From: Octopus sinensis
Lineage: Eukaryota
Reading direction: 5' to 3'
Length of the DNA: 64,000 bases
NCBI RefSeq assembly: GCF_006345805.1
Contig: NC_043024.1
Location: 13,888,001 to 13,952,000, forward strand
Below the pieces are notes generated by a model that saw only the letters and a program-made list of their open reading frames with translations, did no database searches and was not told the origin of the DNA. A program made the translations under genes and the position numbers. Numbering within the stretch: the stretch's first letter is position 1; the number at the start of each line of letters is the position of its first letter. Of this stretch, positions 12,905-25,836 are shown one piece after another.

Positions 12905-14352
12905 ATATATATTTAATACAACAGAAAATATAGCTGATACTCAACTAAACGTATTGCTTGTCTGAGTCAGTTGTGATTTCTTCCCGACATTCACTGAAAG
13001 AAGTATAACGAATAGACAGAAATAGATATCAAAGAATTTGAACTCAATATCTGAAACAAAGTGGTGATAAACCTACCGGTTATGCCATTCTATTGGTAAA
13101 AGAAATTCCTTTTCACAGATGTAAATTGTTTTCAATCATATCGGTGGGTAAAAAGCTAATATTTCCTCATATCGATATCATTAATATATTATTATATCTA
13201 CCATTGGATGGACGATATGCAAAATTGACTTTCAAAATATTAAACGGTAACTAGAATACAGTGTGGCAGATTACAGTGGCTCAAATAATTCTGCATATCA
13301 AGAACGAATGTAAGATACTTCATTGAAACTTGAATTACCAAAATTACAGATACAAGTGTAACATTCAGTATTGTGTGATTTAGAATTCGTCTTTATCGTC
13401 TTCTGATAGTTGGCTCCCTTAATCTAACTAAATATCATGAAACATCTAGTTATCTATAATCCATGATTACAAACACATGAACATCATGTGCTGTAATCCT
13501 TTTAGGCCCTACAACAGAACCTATGATCATACCAGAGCGCTGGATTATCGACTGAAAGTTCCCCAAAAGTATGGAGACTTAGTTACATTTTGGAAAACAG
13601 GACTAAAAATGTTAATGTATATGAATGGATGTTTAAGCAATAGTCTAGAATTCTATATTTTCTTTAAAAGTGCAACGGCTACTTTTTTTTGTGAAATGAA
13701 ATATTTTTAAAATGAACATTTGAACTGTAATATTTTATAACTTTTGTGAAAATTTGATATATTATCATTTGTTCATTGTTCGATTTTTCGTATTATTAAT
13801 ATCTCAAGTGTAAAGTATTCGTCGGTTCTTCTGAAAGAATAAGAGAAAGTATAGAATACCAAAATAGTAAATGAAAAAGATATTAAATGCATAAAAAAGA
13901 ATTATATAAAATTAACAAATTTATCCCATTTCTTTTATTCTAGTTAATCCAAAAATGTCAGGAATAATTGATATATTCAGCGATTGCTATTCAAATGTCT
14001 TTGGACAATGATTTTGCAACAATAACTCAGAACCATGACTTCGACTCGCAGAATACATTTTTGTATTGAAATTTAAGGAAAAAAAAAAAAAAATGAAAAT
14101 ACGTTCGTTTTTAACAACAACGATTTTTGCATTTTTTTTCTCGATATTCCTCTCCTGATTTCACTGGTGTATTATGCATTTCGATGATAATTCTCCATAT
14201 ATTACATTGTTTTAGATGTCGTTTGTGCATTTGATGTAGAATGTCTTGGTTTGTTTGTATGTTGTATTGATATGTTTAAACTAGGATACATATGCACACA
14301 CCACACACACACAGATACAAAGATGGACATGTCTATCCATCGCTCAATTTCT

Positions 14353-14415
<63 letters not shown>

Positions 14416-14505
14416 TGTGGGGGGGTGTATTTATATGTATGTATACGAAGGTAGCGATAGAGAAAGGAAAACAGAGAGGAAGAATGAACTATCTTGCTTG
14501 CTAGC

Positions 14506-14585
14506 TAGATATATAGATGGATAGATAAATAGATAGATAGAGATAGATGGATATAAACAGATATATATATAGATAGATAGATAAT

Positions 14586-14659
<74 letters not shown>

Positions 14660-14688
14660 TAGACAGATAGATATATAGATAGATAGAG

Positions 14689-14720
<32 letters not shown>

Positions 14721-14867
14721 AGACAGATAGATATATAGATAGATAGAGATAGATAGATATAGACAGATATATAGATATATATATTGATAGATAGATATAG
14801 ATTGATAGATAGATATATATATATATAGATAGATAGATATAGATCGATAGATAGATGGGTAGATAGT

Positions 14868-14938
<71 letters not shown>
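14506..14938. repeat. (GATA)n tetranucleotide tract
   Basis: Direct reading; gives the IYLS-repeat ORF. Confidence 0.97.
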
Positions 14939-15052
14939 CTATTTTTATCTTGTACTATTGCAAAACATTTATTCAATTCTTATTGGTCTTTATCCTTTCG
15001 AAGGAATTTCGTTCTGTAGCCTTAAAAAGACAGGAATGTTTCTGAATATATC

Positions 15053-15215
15053 AGGCGTGGGTGTATAGTGAGACGTTTGCCTCACTGCCATATGGTTCTA
15101 GGTTCGGCCCCACTACGTGGCATCTTCGGCAAATGTCGTCTAGTATAGCCTCAAGCCGACCAAATCTTTGCAAATGGATTTGGTAGACGGCGACTGAATG
15201 AAGCCCGTCGTATGT
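15053..15215 (+). mobile_element. SINE family C, 5' half, diverged
   Basis: ccccactacgtggcatcttcggcaaatgtc...gccgaccaaa...ggatttggtagacgg...gaagcccgtcgta matches the family C head and core. Confidence 0.8.
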
Positions 15216-15372
15216 TTATATAATGCTGTCTTTTCAATTGCATGAACTAAACTACGGGCGGGGATGGGATAAACTACCTGCATCAACTTGCTATAAATGC
15301 AGGTACTAGGTTTACCCTGTATTTATTCGCAGTGCAAGTTTCGAAAAGCGCAGTTACTTTTTCGTAGCTATA

Positions 15373-15895
15373 ATGGAAGTGACAAAGGAGCATAATCGGC
15401 ACATTTTGCTTTACGTGTTCAATCAAGACAGTAACCCAATGATGGAAAGTGCGAGGAATATAAAAGCAGTATATGAAGATCGGACAATAAGCATAAGATG
15501 ATTTCATGTTTCGAGCTACATCCTAGAAGATTAGCCTCATTGGAAGATCTGTGGAGCTCGATGAGAAAGTCCTGCAAACCGTGGTGGAAAATATCCCATC
15601 GTAACTTTTGAGGAATTAGCAGAGAAGGTTCGATTTGGTCATTCATCTAGTTAGCCAAGTTAGCGCTAGAAGAAAAACAACCATCTTTCGTTTCAAGACG
15701 AAAGGTGTTCCTCAATAAAGATAATGCTTGGTCACATACAGCGAGGATGACATTCCATCCACCATATTCGCCGGACATTGCCCCATCTGATTATCATTTA
15801 TTCTGCAGTCTTCAAATTCATTTGGACGGGGAAAAAATGAATTCCCTAGGATTCTGTCAGAACAGTACTGGAGGAATATTAAGTTGACAGTATAC
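15373..15895 (+). mobile_element. Mariner transposase pseudogene, internally deleted
   Basis: MEVTKEHNRHILLYVFN (HTH N-terminus), ELDEKVL, KDNAWSHTA (DNA motif) and HPPYSPDIAPSDYHLF (mariner YSPDL-type signature), with stops and deletions. Confidence 0.9.
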
Positions 15896-15905
15896 AAGTA
15901 CTCCC

Positions 15906-15948
<43 letters not shown>

Positions 15949-16247
15949 ATATATATATATATATATATATAATCAAAATAAGCAACAAGAATGGCTCCAG
16001 TAATTGGTACGATCGTTTCGTATTACATCATTTTATTAAATGTTTTAAGTATTACAACAGTTTTAAAATGCTGAGCACTCATCAGCCAATTATAGAGGTT
16101 TTCCATTAAAACAAACATTTTCATATCAAGTGGCAACATTATAGAGAAGGTAGATACATAGACAAAGATGTAGATTTAAATTTTAAGAACATATTCATTT
16201 GAATCTAAATTTTTGCTGAACTTATATATATATATATATATATATAT

Positions 16248-16287
<40 letters not shown>

Positions 16288-16351
16288 TGGAAGAAAGAGT
16301 GATAGATAGATAGATAATTAAATAGACAGATATAGATATAAGGATCCACAT

Positions 16352-16477
16352 ATACATACGACGGTCTGTCAGGGACTATTGCAGGAGACACTTGCTCAAG
16401 GTGTTACTCAGTGGGTCTGATCCCGGATCCATGTGTGTGCGTAGTAATCTTCTTCCCATACAGCCATGCCTGCGCTA
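16352..16477 (-). mobile_element. SINE family C, 5' fragment
   Basis: gacacttgctcaagg...cagtgggtctgatcccggatccatgtg...cagccatgcctgcgc is the reverse complement of the family head. Confidence 0.75.
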
Positions 16478-17799
16478 TACATACACACACTCATACATAT
16501 ACAGATACTTACACACATACATACAAAATATACATACACACACATGATTGCTGCCCCCTCGTTATCGTGTATGGCCATTGCACGAAGCTTAACTATTATT
16601 GGTGCTGTGATCGAATGTGACGTTTTAGCCCAGCTAAAGATCTACAATGTCTTGTACAGAATTGGCAGCTAAAACCTTTACCAGTTTTACACACACACAC
16701 ATACATATATAGATACGTACATACATAATATACATACATGCACACATACATATACGTGTCTATATACGTATGTGTTTCCTTAACACTACGAATATGTGTT
16801 GAGTTCTTTATGGCGTTCTATGCTCCTCAATTTCATTTCGAGACCTAGTGCACACGGATACGCTAATGCAAACACACACACACATACACACACATATCTT
16901 ACTCTCACTCAATTATATTGTCCTTTTAAATATTTTTCTTCAATGCACATTCCCCCCCCTCTCATTACTTCTGTTTTGTTTTCCTACAAGAAACACAAAA
17001 TATAAAAGAAAGGATTGATTTTCAAATCAATATCAACTACACGTGAATGGAATCATACAAGAACTTAACAGCATCCTCTGATACAGAAATTGATTGAACG
17101 TACGCTGTAAATTAGATATGATACAATACAGAGAACAGACACTCAGTCAAACTATTTTAAGTCGATTGTTTTCTTATTTAAAAACAAAAATCTCAATAAA
17201 ATTCGTTACTTTTTGTTCGTGTTCGTTAAAGAATAGTTTTGCAGGTGTTGTACGTTAGAATAAATGTGGACAGTTATTGATGGAAGTCAGGTGGCGAAAA
17301 CTCATCCATGAAAACATAATTGAATTCATGAATTAAATTGTTCGTTTGATAAGAATTTGCGTCTTAATTTGAAATGGTGAAAACCCAGATTTTCGTTCTT
17401 TGCTTAGAGTGATAAAACAAAGTGGAAAAATATAAATACATATAAATAAACGAGGAAAAATATATAGAAAGCGATAGAGATATAAAACAGAAAGCGTATA
17501 ACATTCGACAAATGCAAATGTAGAAAATGATCGAAATTTAATGAAATAAAACAATATTATCAAAGGTGGTATTTTTGATGTTGTAATTGAAATCTAACAT
17601 TTCTGCATTGAGTTTAAAAGCGTTACATCTTTCAGATTCTTTGCGACAATCACTGCTGTCAGTCTGCAGGAAAGAATTTTAGTTAAAGTTTGAGAAATAA
17701 AATAAAATGAAAAAAAAAAACAACAACCAAACACAATATAATTATCTTTTCTTCAAGACAGCAAACACTAGTTGTTAGAATATAATAGGTAGGACATCG

Positions 17800-18130
17800 G
17801 AAAGCAGATTTAACGACAAACTTTGGTTTCTCACTTAAATGTATTTCAACTCATTAATGTACAAATTTTCAAATCCTATGGTGTCTATAGAAGAAGAGTA
17901 TTTGTGTGGGGTGGGGCGATCTCCAATTGAAATAATGAGATTAAGTAGATTTTTGTCAAATCTCATGTGGAGAGAGATTAAAGGGACATTGGTTGCTTTA
18001 CATAAAACAGTACACTTCCTTATCGTTTCATAAAGAATGCCCATGGTCTTACGGTTCAGGGGCCTTTCAGATGCTGGATTACTATCCAAACCACGTCAGC
18101 GCGGGACCAAACAATAGGAAAGATCACCAC
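17800..18130 (-). mobile_element. Possible highly decayed Penelope-like RT fragment
   Basis: ORF text RPL...VPL...DKNLLNLI...TIGFENLYIN loosely resembles PLE RT RPI..S...L.PL...DLL..L...SFDV.SLYTN; weak. Confidence 0.3.
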
Positions 18131-18664
18131 GTCTCTTACAATTCTTTACCAATTTGTCTCGCATTATTGGTTGGACATCGAAGAAAATTCCTCTTTGTCA
18201 ACTAACGTACTTCTGCCATAAGAGATGAGACGAAATATGTAGCAATATGAATCTCATTCTCTTATTTTCTCGAATTTTCATCTCACTTTTGAAACCAGTG
18301 GTGTACAATTATGGATGGCAACATCACAATAAGTTATATCTGGGGGTTTCAATCGTTTATACAACTTATATTACTGCACAATATCTCAGGAGTGTCGGAT
18401 ATAGGTAAACATATGCTTCATTTTTTCCTGTTATCGTTGAGACTACTATTATCTTGATGAGTACTCAGGGTTGAAGATTTCCTTATTCCAAACAGTAAAA
18501 GAGATATGATATAGACAAATAAATCCAACGTATCGAAAGGCCGGATTTAAATTCATAGACTATAAAGTAACTCCAAAACTACATATTCAAAGAATTTTGA
18601 GCTCAAATCTTGCAATTTTCCAAGTGTATTACGCTTCAGTTCAATAATGTTGTGTATTGAAATA

Positions 18665-19050
18665 CAGGAGTGGCTGTGTTGTAAGTAATTGCTTACCAGC
18701 CACATGGTTACGGGTTCAGTCCCACTGCGCGGCACCTTGGGCAAGTGTCTTCTACTATAGCCTCGGGCCGACCAAAGCCTTGTGAGTGGATTTGGTAGAC
18801 GAAAACTGAAAGAAGCTCGTCGTATATGTGTATATATATGTATGTGTGTCTGTTTTTGTTTCCCTAGCATTGCTTGACAACCGATGCTGATGTGTTTACG
18901 TCCCCGTCACTTAGCGGTTCGGCAAAAGAGACCCATAGAATAAGTACTGGGCTTACAAAGAATAAGTCCCGAGGTCGATTTGCTCGATTAAAGGCGGTGC
19001 TCCAGCATGGCCGCAGTCAAATGACTGAAACAAGTAAAAGAGTAAAAGAG
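18665..19050 (+). mobile_element. Full-length SINE family C copy
   Basis: caggagtggctgtg...ggcaccttgggcaagtgtcttctactatagcc...short (AT/GT) tract...ggcggtgctccagcatggccgcagtcaaatgactgaaacaagtaaaagagtaaaagag. Confidence 0.92.
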
Positions 19051-19560
19051 TATTCCTGAATCAAAAATAGTCCTCGAGACAATGTACGAATACTTGTGTG
19101 GCACTCAGTCTTCTCTCTGCTGAACAAAACAGCCAAATATCACTCAATTCAAAACCACCGACTCAGAGAAAGAAACCCGCACTGAATATAATGTTACAAT
19201 GAATTTGAATGAAAACACGAAAAAAAGATGACTCCAAATCATTCAATCTTTCACTTAATGGCGCTAGCATGATTTCTTACCCTCACATTATACAGGAACA
19301 ATATAGTGGGAAATATTGCCCCTAATATACAAAACAGAGTCTAGATATTCATGCGTGTAACATTTCTACTCCATTAATATTTAAATGAGGACGAAAACAT
19401 CAACGGAACGCTGATCCTTGTCCGATTATTCAAAACATTGAAATCCCATTAAATATTCAGTTTGGAATATCTGGTTAACTCATTTTCTTTCCTATAATTA
19501 AATAGATTATCACTAAAGTTTTCATTATCCCATTTAGACTGAACGAATTTCTAAATAGTC

Positions 19561-19650
19561 GCAGGCGCGCTTTTGTGATAAGATACTTTGCTTCCTATAC
19601 TCATTGTTCCGGGTTCACTTCCACTACGTGGCGTTTTGGGCAAGTGTTCT
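19561..19650 (+). mobile_element. SINE family C head fragment
   Basis: gcaggcgcgc...gttccgggttcacttccactacgtggcgttttgggcaagtg. Confidence 0.7.
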
Positions 19651-20210
19651 GTGTTGTAAAAATAATTAAAAATATATACAGTACAATACTGTGTGTACGT
19701 CGCGGATTTTGATCTATCGTGGGTTGTTTTAGAACGTTACATCTACGATAGTCGAGGAATTACTGTATTTTGAAGCTGACAGTATCTACCAATTGGTGAA
19801 ACAACAAACATGTCTATGACACAATAAGAATACTTCTTTAGATATTATGATATCGTCACCGGCATGGATTGCAGCTGTCTCAACAAAACAAAATTAAGGT
19901 TGATTACGGCGGGATTGAAATAAACAATTTAGATAACAGAAATGTACCTAAGTGTTTTGTGCGTGCCACAAATGGTGTGTCCATTCCGCAAAGCATGTTG
20001 TGTTATTCCGTTTTTAATCTCACTTTCTAATTTGCAAACAAGACCAAAAATTTTGAAGAGAGAGATGTTGCCCGATCGCATTTCACACCCAGTACTAGCC
20101 TGATATTTTTTACTTTAATTTTTAGTTATAAAATTAATTATAACATTTAGTTATAACGTTTATATATTTGTTGTGCAAGACTTTTTATGTGAAGTCGTGT
20201 GTTGAAATAG

Positions 20211-20650
20211 ATATTGTTGTATTTCGGAATGGTCATTTTGCCAGTTTAGCCAATAAAAACACACGCACTATATATTTGGTGTTACTTTGCTTCAGTGTTA
20301 TCTATTTTTTACATCAATCGTAATCTTATTTCGTCCAGAGTTCTTTTGTCACACTCCTGTGACCGCATCAGTGGTCCTTTGCTTTCTTATTTCTTAGTTG
20401 TGTGTCTCTCCTTACTAACCGTTAGCCATTTTGTATAACGGTTAGTAAGGAGAGACACACAAATAAGAAAGAAGAAAACAAAGGACCACTGATGCGGTCA
20501 CAGGAGTGTGACAAAAGAACTCTGGACGAAATAAGATTACGATTGATGTAAAAAATAGATAACACTGAAGCAAAGTAACACCAAATATATAGTGCGTGTG
20601 TTTTTTATTGGCTAAACTGGCAAAATGACCATTCCGAAATACAACAATAT
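20211..20650. repeat. Long palindrome: 214/215-bp inverted arms, 11-nt loop, probably PLE-pLTR-derived
   Basis: 20211-20424 vs 20436-20650 differ by 3 substitutions and one 1-nt indel; loop gccattttgta. Confidence 0.95.
20486..20525 (+). ncRNA. Hammerhead-like fold with non-canonical core (A9 to C, G12 to A); mirror copy at 20335-20374 (-)
   Basis: CCA CTGATGC G GTCAC aggagt GTGAC AAA AG aa CT C TGG: stems I (CCA/TGG), II (GTCAC/GTGAC) and III (AG/CT) are in type I order. Confidence 0.4.
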
Positions 20651-21963
20651 TTAATTAAAACATTTAATTTTAATTATAACATTAATAATTCTACAATTGG
20701 AAAGGGCTGATGGCATGGCTAAACTTAGGTTTCAATCAATTAATTTGATCCCAGAAGCTGATCGGAAATATTATTTACTCTAATCGAAAATGATTTGATG
20801 TCAGAACAGAAATCTTAAATATAAGAACGTAACAAAATAACATAAGGCATGACGTCCGGGTTCAAATCGATCCTTGCACATATCTCCATTATTCAGAATA
20901 CGCCGGTGCTTTTCGAACTCAGAACGTAATGATTCTTAACTGAAACCCCCATTGCAATTTTAGATAATGATCTAATGACTTGATCGATCCATAATCCACG
21001 CTCTATAATACTGGGACATCAATTCCATTTAGTTAACAGCGCTAAAGTACACCAGTACTATTTTAAAATCCCTATAAACATCAAATTTTCAAAGCTGAAT
21101 CACCCAATCAATTATTGGTGACTTTCCAAAATATAATTCCAGTTATTACCTTCAACTCCCGTTATTACTGACAAACGTTATTTATTGACAGTCTCTGCAA
21201 ATCACTTTGTAAAGGAAATCGCCCGCAAATTATACAGTAATAGATAAAAAGTTGGAAATAGTTGAACTTTAATTAGGAAATAATTAGTATCAGCAGAAAA
21301 TTCTTAATTAGATAGCAAAGGAACAAGTACACTCACACACGCACAACACACACTGTACAACTGTTATGCACGCATACATACAAGAATTACAGAAAACATC
21401 GGAAACAGAGTGTTAAACACTTCATGTTAAAATTTATTTCCACGTTCTTGTAATAAACGGTTGAATATCGTCCATTTAACATGTACACGTTCTCCTCTTT
21501 ATTCTTCTAATTCTCCTTCCATAACACCACCATCGCCACAACCACCACAACCACTACTACCATAACTACTACTACAACTACTACTACTACTACTATTTCT
21601 GTTGTGATTATTGCAGTGGGGATGTTGGAAGCGCAACATATAAAGTGGCGGGTCGAGCATTTTAAAGTGGTTTCTTTTATGTTCGAAATAACAACCAAAA
21701 CAAATAAATTAATTTTGACTGTGCCTTCTTTTGTATATCCGCCATGACCTACAGAATGGAATACCAGTCAGACACTGTTGTTAATTCAATCGAATTCTCC
21801 GCTCCGCTAATCCTAACATAAAAAATCTTTCATGCTATTTGCGCATATATGTTAAATACATGCCAAATGACATTTAATTTTATTTAGTAGATATTAGTTA
21901 AAAGTTATGCGGTTATAGTTATTTGGTGATTTAACCCACTGCTTCGGATATATCATTAAATAT

Positions 21964-22050
21964 ATGGCGCAGGCATGACTGTGTTTTAAGAATCTTACCT
22001 CCCAACTACATGGTTCCTTGTTGAGTTTCGTTCTGTGAGTCTGAAAGCAA
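21964..22050 (+). mobile_element. SINE family C head fragment, diverged
   Basis: ggcgcaggcatgactgtg...ctcccaactacatggttcc...aagcaagtg. Confidence 0.6.
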
Positions 22051-22341
22051 GTGAGGTATACAATCGCTCGGGTCGACTACATGTTTGCGAGCGAATTCAA
22101 TAGACAGTAACAGAAAGATATCTGTTATTCGTGGTGTAACAAGGCTACCAATGGTTTCGTGTCGGGATTCGTCACAATTTTTGAAGATTTACACGTGGGA
22201 ATGTTTGAAACAATGAATTCTACAGTGAATATCTTCTTTTTAAATAATGATTATATTACGATCAGTGGATTTATTTCACTGGAATTATTCTATGTTTACG
22301 AGATCTAGTGAAGCATCTGCAGCTAGCAGGCCATGCTATTT

Positions 22342-22379
22342 CAGACTGATGACAAGCAAGACACAGAAACTAGTCTCCG
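22342..22379 (+). ncRNA. Degenerate hammerhead motif with stem II lost
   Basis: CAGA CTGATGA caagcaagacaca GAA ACTAGT C TCCG: intact core, palindromic stem III, GUC site, 3/4 stem I pairs, no pairing in stem II. Confidence 0.4.
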
Positions 22380-22977
22380 GTTGAAGGCTTAGCTGGGTGG
22401 GGGTGCTTGTCCCCCCCTTGTAAACACAAGGCCACTGGAAATGTGTCAAGGCCGACAGGAAGTGTCGATGCATCCTAGGGCGAAATAGCGGTGGTGTGAT
22501 TCCCTTCATGGGACTGTCACATTAAGTTGACAGTATACAACTACTCATTATATTATATGCATATGAATAAGTGTGTGTTTGAATAACAAATATGCTGTAG
22601 AATGAGCTAGAAGTCAGAACCTGAAAACAGATACACATCGTCGTGATAGGGCCCTGTGTATTGTGTCTCAAATTCCCTTTACTCTTTCTGCGATATTAAA
22701 TCGATTGATGATGTTCTTCAGGGTGGTCAATTGATTTAACAATTTCAGAAAATGGGAATCCTTGCAAAATGTTTTAAAGCCGTATTAGAAATACCATGAC
22801 CGTCTATAAAATTACAGTAAGTCATTATTTATTAATTATACCGGCATTAATACCATAGACTGCCGGTTTATACTCACGAACGTGTGGGTTATTTTCACTC
22901 GTGAATGATAGTTTACAAACGCTTACAGTTGTTTCAAAGCATCCCAAAAGTCGTCGTAACGTATCCTAGTATTACAT

Positions 22978-23250
22978 CAGTAGTTCTCAACTTTGATCCA
23001 TGTGGCCTTTGAGTGGGGAGGGTATATGACCCTTGGGGTTCATATAATATATTACTGTTAAAATTTATGAGACATAGTCTGGTTATACTTTTACAGTATA
23101 CAAAATATTAAAATATATTAATCAGTTCCTAATAACATTTAAATATAAAACTGTAATGGGGTTTTTAAACATCAAATATCTATGAGGCCCCACTCGAGTT
23201 AAACAGTAGCCGAATAGGTTCTTTGGTTAAAAACCGTTTGAGAACCAGTG
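22978..23250. mobile_element. hAT (Charlie-type) MITE
   Basis: Termini CAGTAGTTCTCAAC and GTTTGAGAACCAGTG; 8-bp flanks tattacat / gtttacat (6/8 identical, central TA). Confidence 0.75.
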
Positions 23251-23709
23251 GTTTACATTAAGAGACAATAAGGGTAAAAGAACACACTAAAGAATTCTAT
23301 AAATCACTGGAAAGTTCTAACCCGGATAAATTCTTCCTCAACTTTTCCTGAATTCTTCCCGGTGCCAGTCTGTCTATATGAGCCAAGACATAAATAGTTT
23401 AGGACTGATAGCAGTTTTGAAACAGATGACATAGCTGATATATACCTGCCAACAAATATGTAGACATTTGACTTAGTCGCAACACAAACTAATACATCCG
23501 GCTGACGTCACTAGACGTCTATTCACCATTTATATTCGCTTTCTGCCTTCTGGTTACCATTCAGTGAATATCGGTAATTATGGAGTTGCCTAACTACATT
23601 CCTACTTATAAACATACATGCACGCATATGCACGAACGCCGTATATAAGAATATAAACACGACATATCCCTGCATGCGGCCTCACACATCGTCATACACA
23701 CATATTTGT

Positions 23710-23823
23710 ATACATGTGTATATATATACATAGATGCATATATATAAATATGTATATATGTATATATATATATATATATAATATATATATATATACATAA
23801 GTATATTTTTATATATATATATA

Positions 23824-23866
<43 letters not shown>

Positions 23867-23904
23867 TATATATATATACGTAAGTATATTTAATACATAT
23901 ATAT

Positions 23905-23975
<71 letters not shown>
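23710..23975. repeat. (AT)n microsatellite
   Basis: Direct reading. Confidence 0.95.
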
Positions 23976-23980
<5 letters not shown>

Positions 23981-25069
23981 CTTATGTATATATGTGTATT
24001 AACATACATATGTGTTTATGCTTGCGTCTGCTTGTGTGTCTGTGTTTGTGTCTGTTTCTATGTGTTTGTATAAAATATATAGTGTGTGAGTGCGTGTGTA
24101 TCTGTTTGTCTGTGTGTATATATGTGTGTAATTCACTATTGCGTTTGTTTTTTTTCGTTCATGTATTGAAGTATTTATAAAATATTTATTGAAATACTGT
24201 TTGGCAATTTCAATTAGTGGTTTTGTTTATGGTTGTTGGTTTTGTTTTCTATTTATTCTTTTTTTAAAATCTCAACGTTTATATTTTGTGGCCAACCAAC
24301 CCTAAACAATCAAGACTTCGAGAAAACTTTTCTTCAGAAACATACAATTTTGCTCAATGATTGTGTGTGTGTGTTTTCAGTTCCAGTTTTAGTAAAAACT
24401 TTCTATAACGATAGTAAAATTTCGACTTCAGGGATAGTTACCTGTTATTTCTTACAATCTTATTGTCCGGTACACAAAATATACGTTGAGTGATTTTTTA
24501 AGATCTTTTCATTTTTGGGGAGTCAAGAGTTTCCTGTCATTAATTGACATTAACCGGGTGTGGAATTTTGCGACGCCATGTTGGTATTTTAGTTTATCAC
24601 ATTCTTGTAAATCATCTACTAAGATTTAGAGGCTGCAACCTGAGGTACACTTTTGGGCCATTACAGATGTATGAACAACGATTGAGGGACGGCTTAAATT
24701 CAAATATTAGACATTACGTGTAACCATCAAGAAACATGTATTTAGTATTCTGCAGTAAAACATTACCAGTGCGTGGCTATGGATGGGTAGTTGTATGATT
24801 AGTCATCAATCATTATACGAACATCAATCCCAAAAGTGTTGTCGTACGGTATCATTAGTATGTAATTAACCAACAACGGAGCGACCGCTATTTAACAATG
24901 TGTCTCTGCGCAGAAGGCGGTTGTAACCAGCAAATAAAATAATGCTATGAAAACATTATAACAGGTGAGTTTACTATTTCGGTTTGGCCACGCCGAGCAC
25001 TGTTCAAAAGGTCATTCAGAGAATAAACCTCCTGGTTATATTCATTTAAGATTTTGACAATTTAAGAGG

Positions 25070-25240
25070 AGGAGAGCATTCGATTATATTGACTAATGTA
25101 TTACTGGTACTTATCGACCACTAAATGATGCAATGGAGAATAGAGCTCAGCGGAATTTGAACACAGAACGTAAGGACAGACGAAATTCCTCTTTGCTCTT
25201 TGCCAAGCTTGCTAACGATTCTGCCAGCCCGCCGCCTTGC
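25070..25240 (-). mobile_element. SINE family M copy, diverged
   Basis: tactggtacttatcgacc...gcggaatttgaacacagaacgtaa...cagacgaaat...gctaacgattctgccagcccgccgcc is the reverse complement of the family consensus. Confidence 0.8.
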
Positions 25241-25385
25241 ACCTCCTGTTATATTGCATACGTAGGACTGCTCTAACATGTCCTCATGTTATAGCTCATC
25301 AAGGCGGTAATATAAAGTGAGTTAGGTATTATTCTTAGCAGGTCAACCGGCTACAAACCTGCTGCTCGTCAAGGATATAATTTTT

Positions 25386-25603
25386 ACTCTTTTCTCTTTA
25401 CTCTTTTACTTGTTTCAGTCATTTGACTGCGGCCATGCTGGAGCACCGCCTTTAGTCGAGCAAATCGACCCCGGAACTTATGCTTTTGTAAGTCCAGTAC
25501 TTATTCTATCGGTCTCTTTTGCCGAACCGCTACGTGACGGGGACGTAAACACACCAGCATCGGTTGTCAAGCAATGCTAGGGGTACAAACACAGACACAC
25601 AAG

Positions 25604-25656
<53 letters not shown>

Positions 25657-25836
25657 ATATATATATACATATATACGACAGGCTTCTTTCAGTTCCGTCT
25701 ACCAAATCCACTTATAAGGCATTGGTCGGCCCAGGGCTATAGCAGAAGACACTTGCCCAAGATGCCACGCAGTGGGACTGACCCGGAACCATGTGGTTGT
25801 TTAGCAAGGTACTTACCACACAGCCACTCCTGCGCC
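25386..25836 (-). mobile_element. Full-length SINE family C copy with expanded internal (AT)n
   Basis: Collinear with 5815-6226; internal tract about 25595-25675. Confidence 0.92.

Noticed and set aside
19680-19767. Possible Tigger-like MITE (right end cgatagtcgaggaattactgta)
   Set aside because: Only one plausible terminal repeat; the left end does not match.
15878-22540. Shared 20-mer attaagttgacagtatacaa at 15878 and 22521
   Set aside because: The first copy fits the decayed mariner C-terminal coding region. One 20-bp AT-rich match with no extended alignment is not enough to define an element.
23503-23510. Perfect CRE site TGACGTCA (another lies inside the PLE RT near 36971)
   Set aside because: An 8-mer is expected by chance at this window size; no promoter context.
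24915-24970. Acceptor/donor pair ending in CAG|gtgagt
   Set aside because: Stops in all three frames; at most a non-coding exon, unsupported.
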